Below, piece by piece: positions 9,407-18,321 of a stretch of DNA of 64,000 bases (positions are counted from its first letter, which is position 1; each line of letters opens with the position of its first letter). The translations under genes and the position numbers were made by a program. The notes under the pieces are model-generated. The model saw only the letters and a list, made by a program, of their open reading frames with translations. It was not told the origin of the DNA and ran no database searches. The DNA comes from an uncultured Bacilli bacterium (lineage in GTDB: Bacteria; Bacillota_I; Bacilli_A; RF39; UBA660). The DNA lies in contig CAKOLH010000003.1 in assembly GCA_934096105.1 (NCBI GenBank), positions 1,721-65,720 on the forward strand, written 5' to 3'.

Positions 9407-9426
9407 GTGTAAAATACTTTCTTTTT
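9383..9426 (+). repeat. 44-bp direct repeat copy 2 (3' end of the GNAT gene plus terminator)
   Basis: atcaaactaaaagagagtgaataagtgtaaaatactttcttttt. It encodes ..IKLKESE*, compared with ..IKLKESK* at the end of jag. Confidence 0.9.
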
Positions 9427-9501
9427 TAATTTATATTGTAAAAATTAAATGACAATTAAGACAGAATGTGATAAAATACTACCAGAGAAAGAAGGAGTAT
9501 T

Positions 9502-10848
9502 ATGGAAGATACAATCGCAGCCATATCAACAACTACAGGAGTAGGAGCAATATCAATAATAAGGTTAAGTGGCGAAGATGCAGTAAAAATAACAAATAAA
9601 GTGTTTACTAAAGACCTAACAAATGTAGCATCACATACTATTCATTATGGATATATTAAAGATGGTAATGAAAAAATAGACGAAGTTCTAGTAAGTGTAA
9701 TGCTAGCACCAAAAACATTCACAAGAGAAGATGTCGTAGAAATAAATTGTCACGGTGGAATAGCAACGACTAATAAAGTCTTAGAATTATTACTAGATAA
9801 TGGGGCCAGACTAGCAGAGCCAGGAGAATTTACTAAAAGAGCCTTCTTAAATGGAAGAATAGATCTTCTTGAAGCAGAAGCTACAATGGATTTAATATCA
9901 TCAAAATCAGAAACTGCCCGAAAAATATCAATAAATACGCTAACTGGTGAGACATCTAATCTAATCAAAAGTCTTCGTAGTGATTTAGTTCAAATTATCA
10001 GTAATATTGAAGTAAATATTGACTATCCAGAATATGAAGATGTTGAAGATATGACTAATGATAAAGTACTTCCAAATATCAAAAAATTTAGAGAAAGACT
10101 AGAGAATATTATCAAGAAATCTGAAGACAGTAAAGTAATTAAAGAAGGTATAAAAGTAGGAATAATAGGTAAACCAAATGTTGGTAAAAGTAGTCTCCTA
10201 AATGCACTTATTGAAGAAGAAAAAGCAATAGTTACAAATATTCCTGGAACTACAAGAGACATAGTGGAAGGAACTATTGTCCTTGGTGGAATAACCTTAA
10301 ATATAACAGATACCGCTGGTATTAGGGAAAGCGATGACCTAGTGGAGATGCTAGGAGTCTCAAAAAGTCTAAAGATAATAGATTCCTCAGATTTAGTAAT
10401 ATTTATACTAAATAATAATGAAGAATTATCAGATGAAGAAAAAGAATTATTAAATAAATTGAAAGACAAAAAGAAAATAACAGTGGTAAATAAAATTGAT
10501 CTAGAAAGTAAATTAGATAAATCATTATTAAATGATTACATAGAAATATCAGTAAAAGAAAATATTGGAATAGATAAAATAAAAGACAGAATAAGAGAGT
10601 TATTCAATATAGGAGAAATTACATCTAATGACTTAACATATTTATCAAATGCTAGAACTATATCATTATTAAAAAAATTACTAACTATAATAGACAACAC
10701 TATTAAAGAAATAAATGATAATAGTCCAATAGATATAGTAGAACTAGGACTAAGAGATGCTTGGAATACTCTTGGTGAGGTAATTGGAGCAACATATAAA
10801 GATGAATTATTAGATGAATTATTTTCTAGATTTTGCTTAGGAAAGTAG
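9502..10848 (+). CDS. mnmE: tRNA modification GTPase MnmE
   Basis: GKPNVGKSSLLN and DTAGIR G-motifs and the C-terminal CLGK tetrapeptide. Confidence 0.95.
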   Translation: MEDTIAAISTTTGVGAISIIRLSGEDAVKITNKVFTKDLTNVASHTIHYGYIKDGNEKIDEVLVSVMLAPKTFTREDVVEINCHGGIATTNKVLELLLDNGARLAEPGEFTKRAFLNGRIDLLEAEATMDLISSKSETARKISINTLTGETSNLIKSLRSDLVQIISNIEVNIDYPEYEDVEDMTNDKVLPNIKKFRERLENIIKKSEDSKVIKEGIKVGIIGKPNVGKSSLLNALIEEEKAIVTNIPGTTRDIVEGTIVLGGITLNITDTAGIRESDDLVEMLGVSKSLKIIDSSDLVIFILNNNEELSDEEKELLNKLKDKKKITVVNKIDLESKLDKSLLNDYIEISVKENIGIDKIKDRIRELFNIGEITSNDLTYLSNARTISLLKKLLTIIDNTIKEINDNSPIDIVELGLRDAWNTLGEVIGATYKDELLDELFSRFCLGK

Positions 10849-10857
10849 AGTGATAAC

Positions 10858-12696
10858 ATGAATTATGAAGTAATAGTAGTAGGAGGAGGACACGCTGGAT
10901 GTGAAGCTGCCCTTGCTTCATCTAGAAAAGGACATAAAACCCTTTTAGTAACAGGAAATATAAATAACATAGCTACAATGCCATGTAATCCATCAATTGG
11001 CGGATCCGCAAAAGGAATAATCGTAAGAGAAATAGATGCTCTAGGAGGATCCATGGGTGAGGTAGCAGATGCAACTCTTATTCAGATGAAGATGTTAAAT
11101 TATGCTAAAGGCCCCGCAGTAAAATCATTAAGAGCCCAAGCAGATAAAATAACATATCCTAGAGAAATGTTAAAAGTATTAAGAAATGAAAAGAATCTTT
11201 CTATCAAAGAAGGAATGGTTGAAGACCTAATTGTCAAAGATAATACAGTCCACGGTGTAGTACTAGATACAGGAGAAAACATAATATCAAATATTGTTAT
11301 CTTAACGACAGGAACATACTTAAAATCCGATATTCTAGTAGGAGACACCCGTACTAGAAGCGGTCCACATAACGAAAGACCATCTATGCATTTATCTGAC
11401 AACTTAAAAAAATATGGTTTTAACATTCTAAGGTTAAAAACAGGAACACCACCAAGAATTGATAGAAGTACTATTGATTTTACCAAAACACAAAGAGAGG
11501 ATGGCGACAAAGAGGCTTATACATTTTCGCATACTAATCCTCCAGTTTATGATGTAAATAACCAGGAACCCTGTCATTTAATATACACAACAGAAGAAAC
11601 TAAAAAAATAATTCTAGATAATCTAAATAAATCAAGCATGTATGGTGGATTGAATGACATAACAGGAGTAGGCCCAAGATACTGCCCTTCAATTGAAGAT
11701 AAAATAGTAAGATTTAGTGATAAAGAAAGACATCAGTTATTCTTAGAACCAGAAAGTAAATATTATGATGATATCTATCTTCAAGGATTTTCAACAAGTA
11801 TGCCAAGAAATATCCAAGAAGAAATGGTACATAGTCTTCCTGGCCTAGAGAAAGCCAAGATATTAAGATATGCCTATGCTATAGAGTATGATGCTATCTA
11901 TCCAACACAAATAAAACCAAGTTTAGAGACTAAAGTATTAAATAATCTCTTTACTGCCGGCCAAATAAATGGCACCAGCGGTTATGAAGAGGCTGCTTGT
12001 CAAGGACTAATTGCCGGTATTAATGCCGGTCTAAAACTAGAAGGAAAAGAACCATTAATACTAAAAAGAAATGAAGCCTATATAGGAGTACTAATCGATG
12101 ATTTAGTAACTAAAGGAACTAAAGAACCATATCGTATGTTAACTTCACGAGCAGAATATCGTCTTTTACTAAGACATGACAACAGTGACTTAAGATTAAC
12201 TGAGTATGGCCATGATGTTGGATTAGTAACAGGAGCAAAATACGAAAAGTTTAAAGAAAAGAAACAAAATATTTTAGAATTAATAGAAAAATTAAAAGAA
12301 ATAAAAATAACTGTGGATAATGAAAAGAGAAGAGTAACAACTACTGTATATGATTATCTAAAGAATCCAACAGCCAAGTTAGAAGAACTAAACAAAGTAT
12401 TTAATCTAAATCTAAATTATTCCAAAGAAGTACTTGAAGAAGCAGAAATACAAATAAAATATGAAGGATATATCAAAAAAGTAGAACGTGAAGCCGAGAA
12501 GATGCTCAAAAATGAAGAAAAACAAATACCATTAGATATAGATTATGATAAAGTACCTAATCTAGCCAGTGAAGCAAGACAAAAACTAAAAGAAGTAAGA
12601 CCATTAAACATAGCTCAGGCTATTCGTATCAGCGGTGTTAACCCAGCAGATATATCAATATTACTAGTATATTTAAGGAAGTTTTATAATGTCTAA
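10858..12696 (+). CDS. mnmG: tRNA uridine 5-carboxymethylaminomethyl modification enzyme MnmG (GidA)
   Basis: N-terminal FAD motif VVGGGHAGCEAA; 612 aa; conserved synteny. Confidence 0.95.
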   Translation: MNYEVIVVGGGHAGCEAALASSRKGHKTLLVTGNINNIATMPCNPSIGGSAKGIIVREIDALGGSMGEVADATLIQMKMLNYAKGPAVKSLRAQADKITYPREMLKVLRNEKNLSIKEGMVEDLIVKDNTVHGVVLDTGENIISNIVILTTGTYLKSDILVGDTRTRSGPHNERPSMHLSDNLKKYGFNILRLKTGTPPRIDRSTIDFTKTQREDGDKEAYTFSHTNPPVYDVNNQEPCHLIYTTEETKKIILDNLNKSSMYGGLNDITGVGPRYCPSIEDKIVRFSDKERHQLFLEPESKYYDDIYLQGFSTSMPRNIQEEMVHSLPGLEKAKILRYAYAIEYDAIYPTQIKPSLETKVLNNLFTAGQINGTSGYEEAACQGLIAGINAGLKLEGKEPLILKRNEAYIGVLIDDLVTKGTKEPYRMLTSRAEYRLLLRHDNSDLRLTEYGHDVGLVTGAKYEKFKEKKQNILELIEKLKEIKITVDNEKRRVTTTVYDYLKNPTAKLEELNKVFNLNLNYSKEVLEEAEIQIKYEGYIKKVEREAEKMLKNEEKQIPLDIDYDKVPNLASEARQKLKEVRPLNIAQAIRISGVNPADISILLVYLRKFYNV

Positions 12697-13390
12697 AGAA
12701 GAATTTATAATTAAAGTAAAAGAACTTGGCTTAGTTCTTACTAAAGAAGAATTAAATAATTTAGATAGATACTATCAAATATTAAAAGAAGAAAATAGTA
12801 AGTATAACTTGACTAGAATAATTGAAGAAGAAGACGTATACTTAAAACATTTTTACGATAGTCTAACAATAACAAAAGTTGTAAATATAGATAATCAGAG
12901 TATTTGTGATTTGGGTTCAGGAGCAGGTTTTCCAGGCTTAGTATTAGCAATATGTTTTCCTAATGCTAAGTTAACACTAATAGAAGCAAATGGTAAGAAG
13001 TGTCATTTTTTGAACATAGTAAAAGAATCTTTAAATCTAGATAATGTAACTATAATAAATACTAGGGTAGAAGATTACTCTAAGAAAAATAGAGAAGTAT
13101 TTGATATAGTAACGGCAAGAGCAGTAGCTCCATTAAAACACTTATTAGAATATGGAATTCCTTTAGTAAATGTAAATGGTTATTTTATAGTAATGAAGGC
13201 TAATACAGAAAGTGAAGAAATAAATATAGTTAACTACTATAGTAAGCTAGATATTAAAGAAGAAACTAGAGTTATATTTAACTTACCTAAAGAAAATAGC
13301 ATTAGAACTATAATTAAATATTTAAAACTAAAAGAGACTAGTTCAAAGTATCCAAGAAGATACTCTGAAATTATAAAAAAGGATATATAA
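12689..13390 (+). CDS. rsmG: 16S rRNA m7G527 methyltransferase RsmG
   Basis: SAM motif DLGSGAGFPG; follows mnmG with an 8-nt overlap. Confidence 0.92.
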   Translation: MSKEEFIIKVKELGLVLTKEELNNLDRYYQILKEENSKYNLTRIIEEEDVYLKHFYDSLTITKVVNIDNQSICDLGSGAGFPGLVLAICFPNAKLTLIEANGKKCHFLNIVKESLNLDNVTIINTRVEDYSKKNREVFDIVTARAVAPLKHLLEYGIPLVNVNGYFIVMKANTESEEINIVNYYSKLDIKEETRVIFNLPKENSIRTIIKYLKLKETSSKYPRRYSEIIKKDI

Positions 13391-13480
13391 TTGTATTGCT
13401 ATAAAGTTTAAAATCAAAGTAAATGCAAAAAAAGAACACTAAAAATCAAATAAAATAAACAAATACATGAGATAAATATC

Positions 13481-13508
13481 AAAAATTACTTGTAAAAAAG
13501 TAATTTTT
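13481..13508. promoter_or_regulatory. 28-bp inverted repeat in the noc upstream region
   Basis: aaaaattactt-gtaaaa-aagtaattttt (11-bp perfect arms), immediately 5' of an AT-rich -10-like tattat/tatatt, about 50 nt before the noc start. Confidence 0.4.
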
Positions 13509-13555
13509 ATTGTATTATTATATTAGTGTAGAAGAAGTGAAAAGAGGGTAATAGT

Positions 13556-14671
13556 ATGAGAATGAATAAAGAAGTAGTAATGGTACGTTTATCAGATATC
13601 ATTCCTAATAGATTTCAACCAAGGCTTACTTTTGATGAGGAAGCTTTAAATGAGCTTGCAAATTCAATAAAAGAACATGGAATAATACAGCCTCTAATAT
13701 TAAGAGATTTAGGTAGTAAATACGAAATAATTGCTGGAGAGCGTAGATACAAAGCTGCAACACTTGCGGGCCTTACTGAGGTACCGGCAATTGTAGGTTC
13801 AATGGATGATCAAACTAGTGCAGAACTTGCCCTAATCGAAAATATTCAAAGGAAAGATTTATCAGCCATTGAAGAAGCTAAATCATATAAAAAAATATTA
13901 GATATGGGTAATTTTACTCAAGATGAACTTGCTAAGAGAATGGGAAAAAGTCAGTCAACAATAGCTAATAAAATGAGATTACTTGCTTTAACCAATGAAG
14001 TTCAAGTGGCTCTAATGAATAACTTAATATCCGAACGTCATGCAAGATGCTTGCTACAAATAAAGGATGAAGATAAGCAAAAAGAAGTATTAAATAAGAT
14101 AATTACCGAAAGAATGAATGTCAGAGATACTGATGAATATATAAAAAACATGCTTGGAATAAAAAATGATGCGCCAAAAGAAGAGCCATCAACAATTGTT
14201 CCTCCAACTCAAGTAGAGCAATTAATTGTTCCAAAAGAGCAACCAGTAGTAGAAAGCAAAATGCCTGAAATTTTAGATATTTCAATGCCTCCTAAATCAG
14301 AACAGAAGGATAATAATCCTAATGTTTATGCTCAAAATAAAAATGATTTTATTGACATAAATAAATTAAATGAGGTAAAAACTCCTGTTACATCTGCTCT
14401 TGAAGGTTTAAATGTTGTTGAAAACAAATCAAATATTTTTGAAGGCAATACAATAAAAGTAGAAGATAAGAAGGAAGAAAAAATGATTGAAGTACCTAAC
14501 ACTAATGTTCCAGAAAAGAAAAACGATAATTTAAACAAAGTAAAATTAGCTACTGCAATCAGAATAGCAAAAGATGCATTAGATAATATTACAGCAGCGG
14601 GCTATAATGCTACTATAGAGGAAGCAGATGGTTTAACAGATTATCAAATAATAATAAAAGTACAAAAATAA
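13556..14671 (+). CDS. noc: nucleoid occlusion protein Noc (ParB paralogue) with ~110-aa low-complexity insertion
   Basis: IIPNRFQPR, IAGERRYKA, QSTIANKMRLL, ISERHAR, NVRDTDEYI and a C-terminal ..DYQIIIKVQK resemble B. subtilis Noc. The position after rsmG is conserved. Confidence 0.75.
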   Translation: MRMNKEVVMVRLSDIIPNRFQPRLTFDEEALNELANSIKEHGIIQPLILRDLGSKYEIIAGERRYKAATLAGLTEVPAIVGSMDDQTSAELALIENIQRKDLSAIEEAKSYKKILDMGNFTQDELAKRMGKSQSTIANKMRLLALTNEVQVALMNNLISERHARCLLQIKDEDKQKEVLNKIITERMNVRDTDEYIKNMLGIKNDAPKEEPSTIVPPTQVEQLIVPKEQPVVESKMPEILDISMPPKSEQKDNNPNVYAQNKNDFIDINKLNEVKTPVTSALEGLNVVENKSNIFEGNTIKVEDKKEEKMIEVPNTNVPEKKNDNLNKVKLATAIRIAKDALDNITAAGYNATIEEADGLTDYQIIIKVQK

Positions 14672-14684
14672 GAATAAAAAAAAC

Positions 14685-14723
14685 AAATATCACCCATAAT
14701 TAAAATGAAAGGGTGATATTTTT
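14685..14723 (+). terminator. intrinsic terminator after noc; its 3' arm overlaps the spoIIR SD
   Basis: aaatatcaccc / gggtgatattt form an 11-bp perfect stem with a 15-nt loop and a T-run. The SD-like aaagggtga lies in the loop and 3' arm, 10 nt before the ATG at 14726. Confidence 0.65.
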
Positions 14724-14725
14724 AT

Positions 14726-15247
14726 ATGAAAAAAATAATACTTATATTAACTTTAATAGTAGCAATATTTATATATAAAGAGATAAAAAGTAATGAAGTA
14801 ATAATACCAGATACTGCCATAAGATTAAGAGTAATACCAAATAGTAATAGCATTTTGGATCAAAATATGAAAAATAAAGTAAAAAAATATTTAGAAAATA
14901 ATACCTATAATTTAATAAAAGATGAAGATAGCAAAGAAATAGCAAAAGAAAAAATTAAAAAGAATATTCCTATTATAGAGGAGAATGTAAAGCAAATATT
15001 TAGTGAAAACAACTATGATATGGACTTTAACATAAACTATGGATTAAATTATTTTCCTAAAAAAGAATATCGTGGATTAAAATATAAGGAAGGATATTAC
15101 GAATCAGTAGTAGTAAGTATAGGCAAGGCAGAAGGAGACAATTGGTGGTGTGTATTGTTTCCTAACTTATGTTTAGTTGATTTGGAGACAAAAGACAATG
15201 TAGAATATAAATCTTGGATAGTAGAAAAGATAAATAAAATATTTTAA
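14726..15247 (+). CDS. spoIIR: stage II sporulation protein R
   Basis: IRLRVIPNSNS..DQ and GDNWWCVLFPNLC signature motifs; N-terminal signal/TM. Confidence 0.85.
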   Translation: MKKIILILTLIVAIFIYKEIKSNEVIIPDTAIRLRVIPNSNSILDQNMKNKVKKYLENNTYNLIKDEDSKEIAKEKIKKNIPIIEENVKQIFSENNYDMDFNINYGLNYFPKKEYRGLKYKEGYYESVVVSIGKAEGDNWWCVLFPNLCLVDLETKDNVEYKSWIVEKINKIF

Positions 15248-15281
15248 TATCAAAAGCATACATTTAAATAGGTGATGATAC

Positions 15282-15815
15282 TTGAAAATAATAACAATAA
15301 TTTTAATTGCAATAAGCCTATCAATGGATGCTTTTTCTTTGGCCTTAATATATGGTACACAGCCCATAACCAAAAGAGGAAAAATATTACTATCTATAAT
15401 TGTAGGACTATACCATTTTATAATGCCCCTAATAGGATTAAGCATAGGTCTGTTTGTTACAAATAAAATAATAATAAATACCAACGTCCTAGTGGGTATA
15501 ATCTTGTCATTAATAGCCATCGAGATGATAATATCAAGTTTTAAAGAAAAAGAAGAAAAATTTCTTCTAAGTATTCCGGGATATTTATTGTTTGGATTAT
15601 CGGTAAGTATTGATAGTTTAACTACAGGAATAGGTTTCCCAGCAATAACAGATAAATATGTAATATCTGCTTTAATATTTTCCATAACAAGTTTATTATT
15701 TACATTTTTAGGATTAAATTTAGGAAATATATTAAATAAAAAATATGGTAAAATATCCACTATAATAGGAGGAATGATTCTTTTGATAATTGGCATATTA
15801 TATATATTTAAATAG
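15282..15815 (+). CDS. mntP: manganese efflux pump MntP
   Basis: TTG start; 177-aa six-TM protein with the SMDAFS motif. Confidence 0.8.
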   Translation: MKIITIILIAISLSMDAFSLALIYGTQPITKRGKILLSIIVGLYHFIMPLIGLSIGLFVTNKIIINTNVLVGIILSLIAIEMIISSFKEKEEKFLLSIPGYLLFGLSVSIDSLTTGIGFPAITDKYVISALIFSITSLLFTFLGLNLGNILNKKYGKISTIIGGMILLIIGILYIFK

Positions 15816-15896
15816 TGTAAAAATATGTAAATAAAATAATAAATAATTGACTAAAATCAAAATAGATATTAAAATGAAATTAGGAAGGAGTATCCT

Positions 15897-17153
15897 ATGA
15901 GTAAAATAAAAATAGAAGGTGGCTATAAATTAACCGGAGAAATAGAAGTTAGTGGAGCTAAAAATAGCGCTGTAGCCTTAGTACCAGCAGCCATTCTTTG
16001 CGATGAAGAAGTGACAATTAGTAATGTTCCAAATATTTCCGATATTGATTCACTTGAAGAAATATTAAATTATTTAAATGCCAAAATAACAAGAAAAGAT
16101 GGAGTATTAACAATTGATTCATCAAATATTATCAATAAAGAAATACCAGAAGAAATGTCTCAAAAATTAAGAGCATCATATTACTTCATGTCATCATTAT
16201 TAGGAAAGTATAAACATGTTGAAATGTATTTTCCAGGTGGATGTACAATAGGTGAGAGACCTATAGATCAAACTTTAAAAGCATATCGCGCTCTAGGAGC
16301 AGTAGTAATTGAAGAAGGAAATAGATATATAGTAGACGCCGAAGAGTTAAGAGGAGCCAAAATATACCTAGATATGCCAAGTGTAGGAGCAACAGTAAAT
16401 ACTATGCTTGCGGCAGTAAAAGCCAAAGGAAAAACAGTAATAGAAAATGTAGCTAAAGAGCCAGAAATAGTAAATGTAGCAACATTTTTAAATAATATGG
16501 GAGCAAAAATAAAAGGAGCCGGAACAAATGTAATCACCATAACTGGTGTAGACTATCTACATAAGTCGTTTCATGAAGTAATACCAGATCGTATTGAAGC
16601 AGGAACATACGTAATAATTGGCGCACTTCTTGGAGAAAATCTAACAATTAAAAATCTAATACCTTCACACATCGAATCACTAACATCAAAATTAATTGAA
16701 GCTGGTGTGGAAATGAGCATAAGTGAAGATTCAATAACAATAGAAAAGGCAAATATAAACAAATATAAAGCAGTAGGTATAAAAACATTACCATATCCCG
16801 GTTTTCCAACAGATCTTCAGCAACCATTAATACCATTTCTAACACAATGTCATGGAATAAGTACGGTAGAAGAAACTATATGGGAAAATAGGTTCCAAAA
16901 TGTTTATGATACCAATCGTATGGGAGCAAATATAATTGTTAAAGACAATAGAATAGCTAAAATAAAAGGAGTTACAAAATTAACTGGTAAAAATGTAACT
17001 GCAACCGATCTTCGCGGAGGAGCCTCAATGTTAATATGTGGATTAATCGCAGATGGTGTAACAACAATAGATAACATAAAGTATATTTTAAGAGGATATG
17101 ATGATATCTGCGGTAAACTATCAAAAGTAGGTGCTAAAATAGAGTTGATATAA
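15897..17153 (+). CDS. murA: UDP-N-acetylglucosamine 1-carboxyvinyltransferase
   Basis: 418 aa; GAKNSAV, the catalytic-loop GGCTIGERPID and FPTDLQ. Confidence 0.95.
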   Translation: MSKIKIEGGYKLTGEIEVSGAKNSAVALVPAAILCDEEVTISNVPNISDIDSLEEILNYLNAKITRKDGVLTIDSSNIINKEIPEEMSQKLRASYYFMSSLLGKYKHVEMYFPGGCTIGERPIDQTLKAYRALGAVVIEEGNRYIVDAEELRGAKIYLDMPSVGATVNTMLAAVKAKGKTVIENVAKEPEIVNVATFLNNMGAKIKGAGTNVITITGVDYLHKSFHEVIPDRIEAGTYVIIGALLGENLTIKNLIPSHIESLTSKLIEAGVEMSISEDSITIEKANINKYKAVGIKTLPYPGFPTDLQQPLIPFLTQCHGISTVEETIWENRFQNVYDTNRMGANIIVKDNRIAKIKGVTKLTGKNVTATDLRGGASMLICGLIADGVTTIDNIKYILRGYDDICGKLSKVGAKIELI

Positions 17154-17174
17154 ATATACTAAAGTAGGTGAACT

Positions 17175-17858
17175 ATGAAAAAAGTATTTTTAATATTAAC
17201 TCTTTTTCTATCGTGCTATTTTGTATATTCTAAAACAGAGGGAAACAAAAAAAATTATTTAGTAATTGGAGATTCAATATCCAAAGGGATAAATGAGTAT
17301 GGCATTACATCTTATGGTTATAGTGATTTTACAAAAGATTTCTTAGAAGAAAAACATTTATTAAAAAATTATAATAATACATTTACGAATGTTGATTATA
17401 GTGTATCAGATATAGTAAATATTTTGGAATATAACAAAAGTAAAAATGGTGTTACACTAAATAGACTAATTAAAGAAGCAGACATAATTACAATGTCTAT
17501 AGGAATACAAGAAATCTATTATAAAATAGATAAAAACAATCAAAATATATATACATATATTGATAATATGATAAACAATTATAATAAAATATTAAATTAT
17601 ATTAATAAATTTCATCATGATAAAGTATATATATTAGGATATTACAGTATATCAAACAATAATAGTGATATTATAAACTATGCCAATTATAAATTAAGTG
17701 CTTTAGTTAAGAAATATAACTATATATACATAGATTTATCTAAAATATTAGATAATAACCCCACATATATTAGTCAAAATAATAATAATTATTTACCAAA
17801 TATTAAAGGTTATCAAAAAATTTCACAAATAATAGTTGAAAATTTAAAAAATAACTGA
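17175..17858 (+). CDS. secreted SGNH/GDSL-family hydrolase
   Basis: Signal peptide plus the block I motif LVIGDSISKG. Confidence 0.7.
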   Translation: MKKVFLILTLFLSCYFVYSKTEGNKKNYLVIGDSISKGINEYGITSYGYSDFTKDFLEEKHLLKNYNNTFTNVDYSVSDIVNILEYNKSKNGVTLNRLIKEADIITMSIGIQEIYYKIDKNNQNIYTYIDNMINNYNKILNYINKFHHDKVYILGYYSISNNNSDIINYANYKLSALVKKYNYIYIDLSKILDNNPTYISQNNNNYLPNIKGYQKISQIIVENLKNN

Positions 17859-17919
17859 TATAATATACCATGTAATTTTATTACTATGACTTTTTGTCAT
17901 GGCGGAAGGAGAGATAATA

Positions 17920-18129
17920 ATGAAAAAGAATATTCATCCAAATTATGTAAAAGCTACTGTTACTTGTGCTTGTGGAAATACTTTTGAAACAGAATCAACA
18001 AAAGAAAATATTCAAGTTGAAGTATGTTCTAAATGCCATCCATTCTATACAGGAAAGCAAAGTACAGCATCTAAAAAAGGACAAGTTGAAAAATTCAACA
18101 AGAAATTTGGTTTTAGTACAGAAAAATAA
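17920..18129 (+). CDS. rpmE: 50S ribosomal protein L31 (Zn-ribbon type)
   Basis: MKKNIHPNY.. with CxC...CxxC and HPFYTG. I prefer the ATG at 17920 (SD ggaagga) over the track start at 17899. Confidence 0.92.
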   Translation: MKKNIHPNYVKATVTCACGNTFETESTKENIQVEVCSKCHPFYTGKQSTASKKGQVEKFNKKFGFSTEK

Positions 18130-18151
18130 TGTGATAAACTCACATTTTTTT
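18129..18151 (+). terminator. rpmE intrinsic terminator
   Basis: atgtga-taaac-tcacat followed by T7. Confidence 0.7.
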
Positions 18152-18321
18152 ATTTGCCAAAAAATTAACTTTTTGTTAACAAAGAACATTTGATTTAGTA
18201 AAAAAGATTTTTAATACAAAAATAGAAGTAATTATTTTTAAAAAATAAAAATGGCAAAAAATTTAATTTAAAATAATAGTTGCAACAAACTGATTTTATG
18301 TGTTATAATACCCTTGAAGTG

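Noticed and set aside
15173-15796. 207-aa minus-strand ORF, and similar long antisense ORFs (6572-6997, 10023-10469, 11100-11510, 35085-35594, 48494-49102, 59911-60420, 53439-53783)
   Set aside because: Each lies wholly antisense to a strongly supported gene (mntP, yidC, mnmE, mnmG, the kinase-like gene, cadA, the Pro/Asn-rich gene, prkC). They have Ser/Leu/Ile/Phe-rich shadow-frame composition typical of AT-rich genomes.
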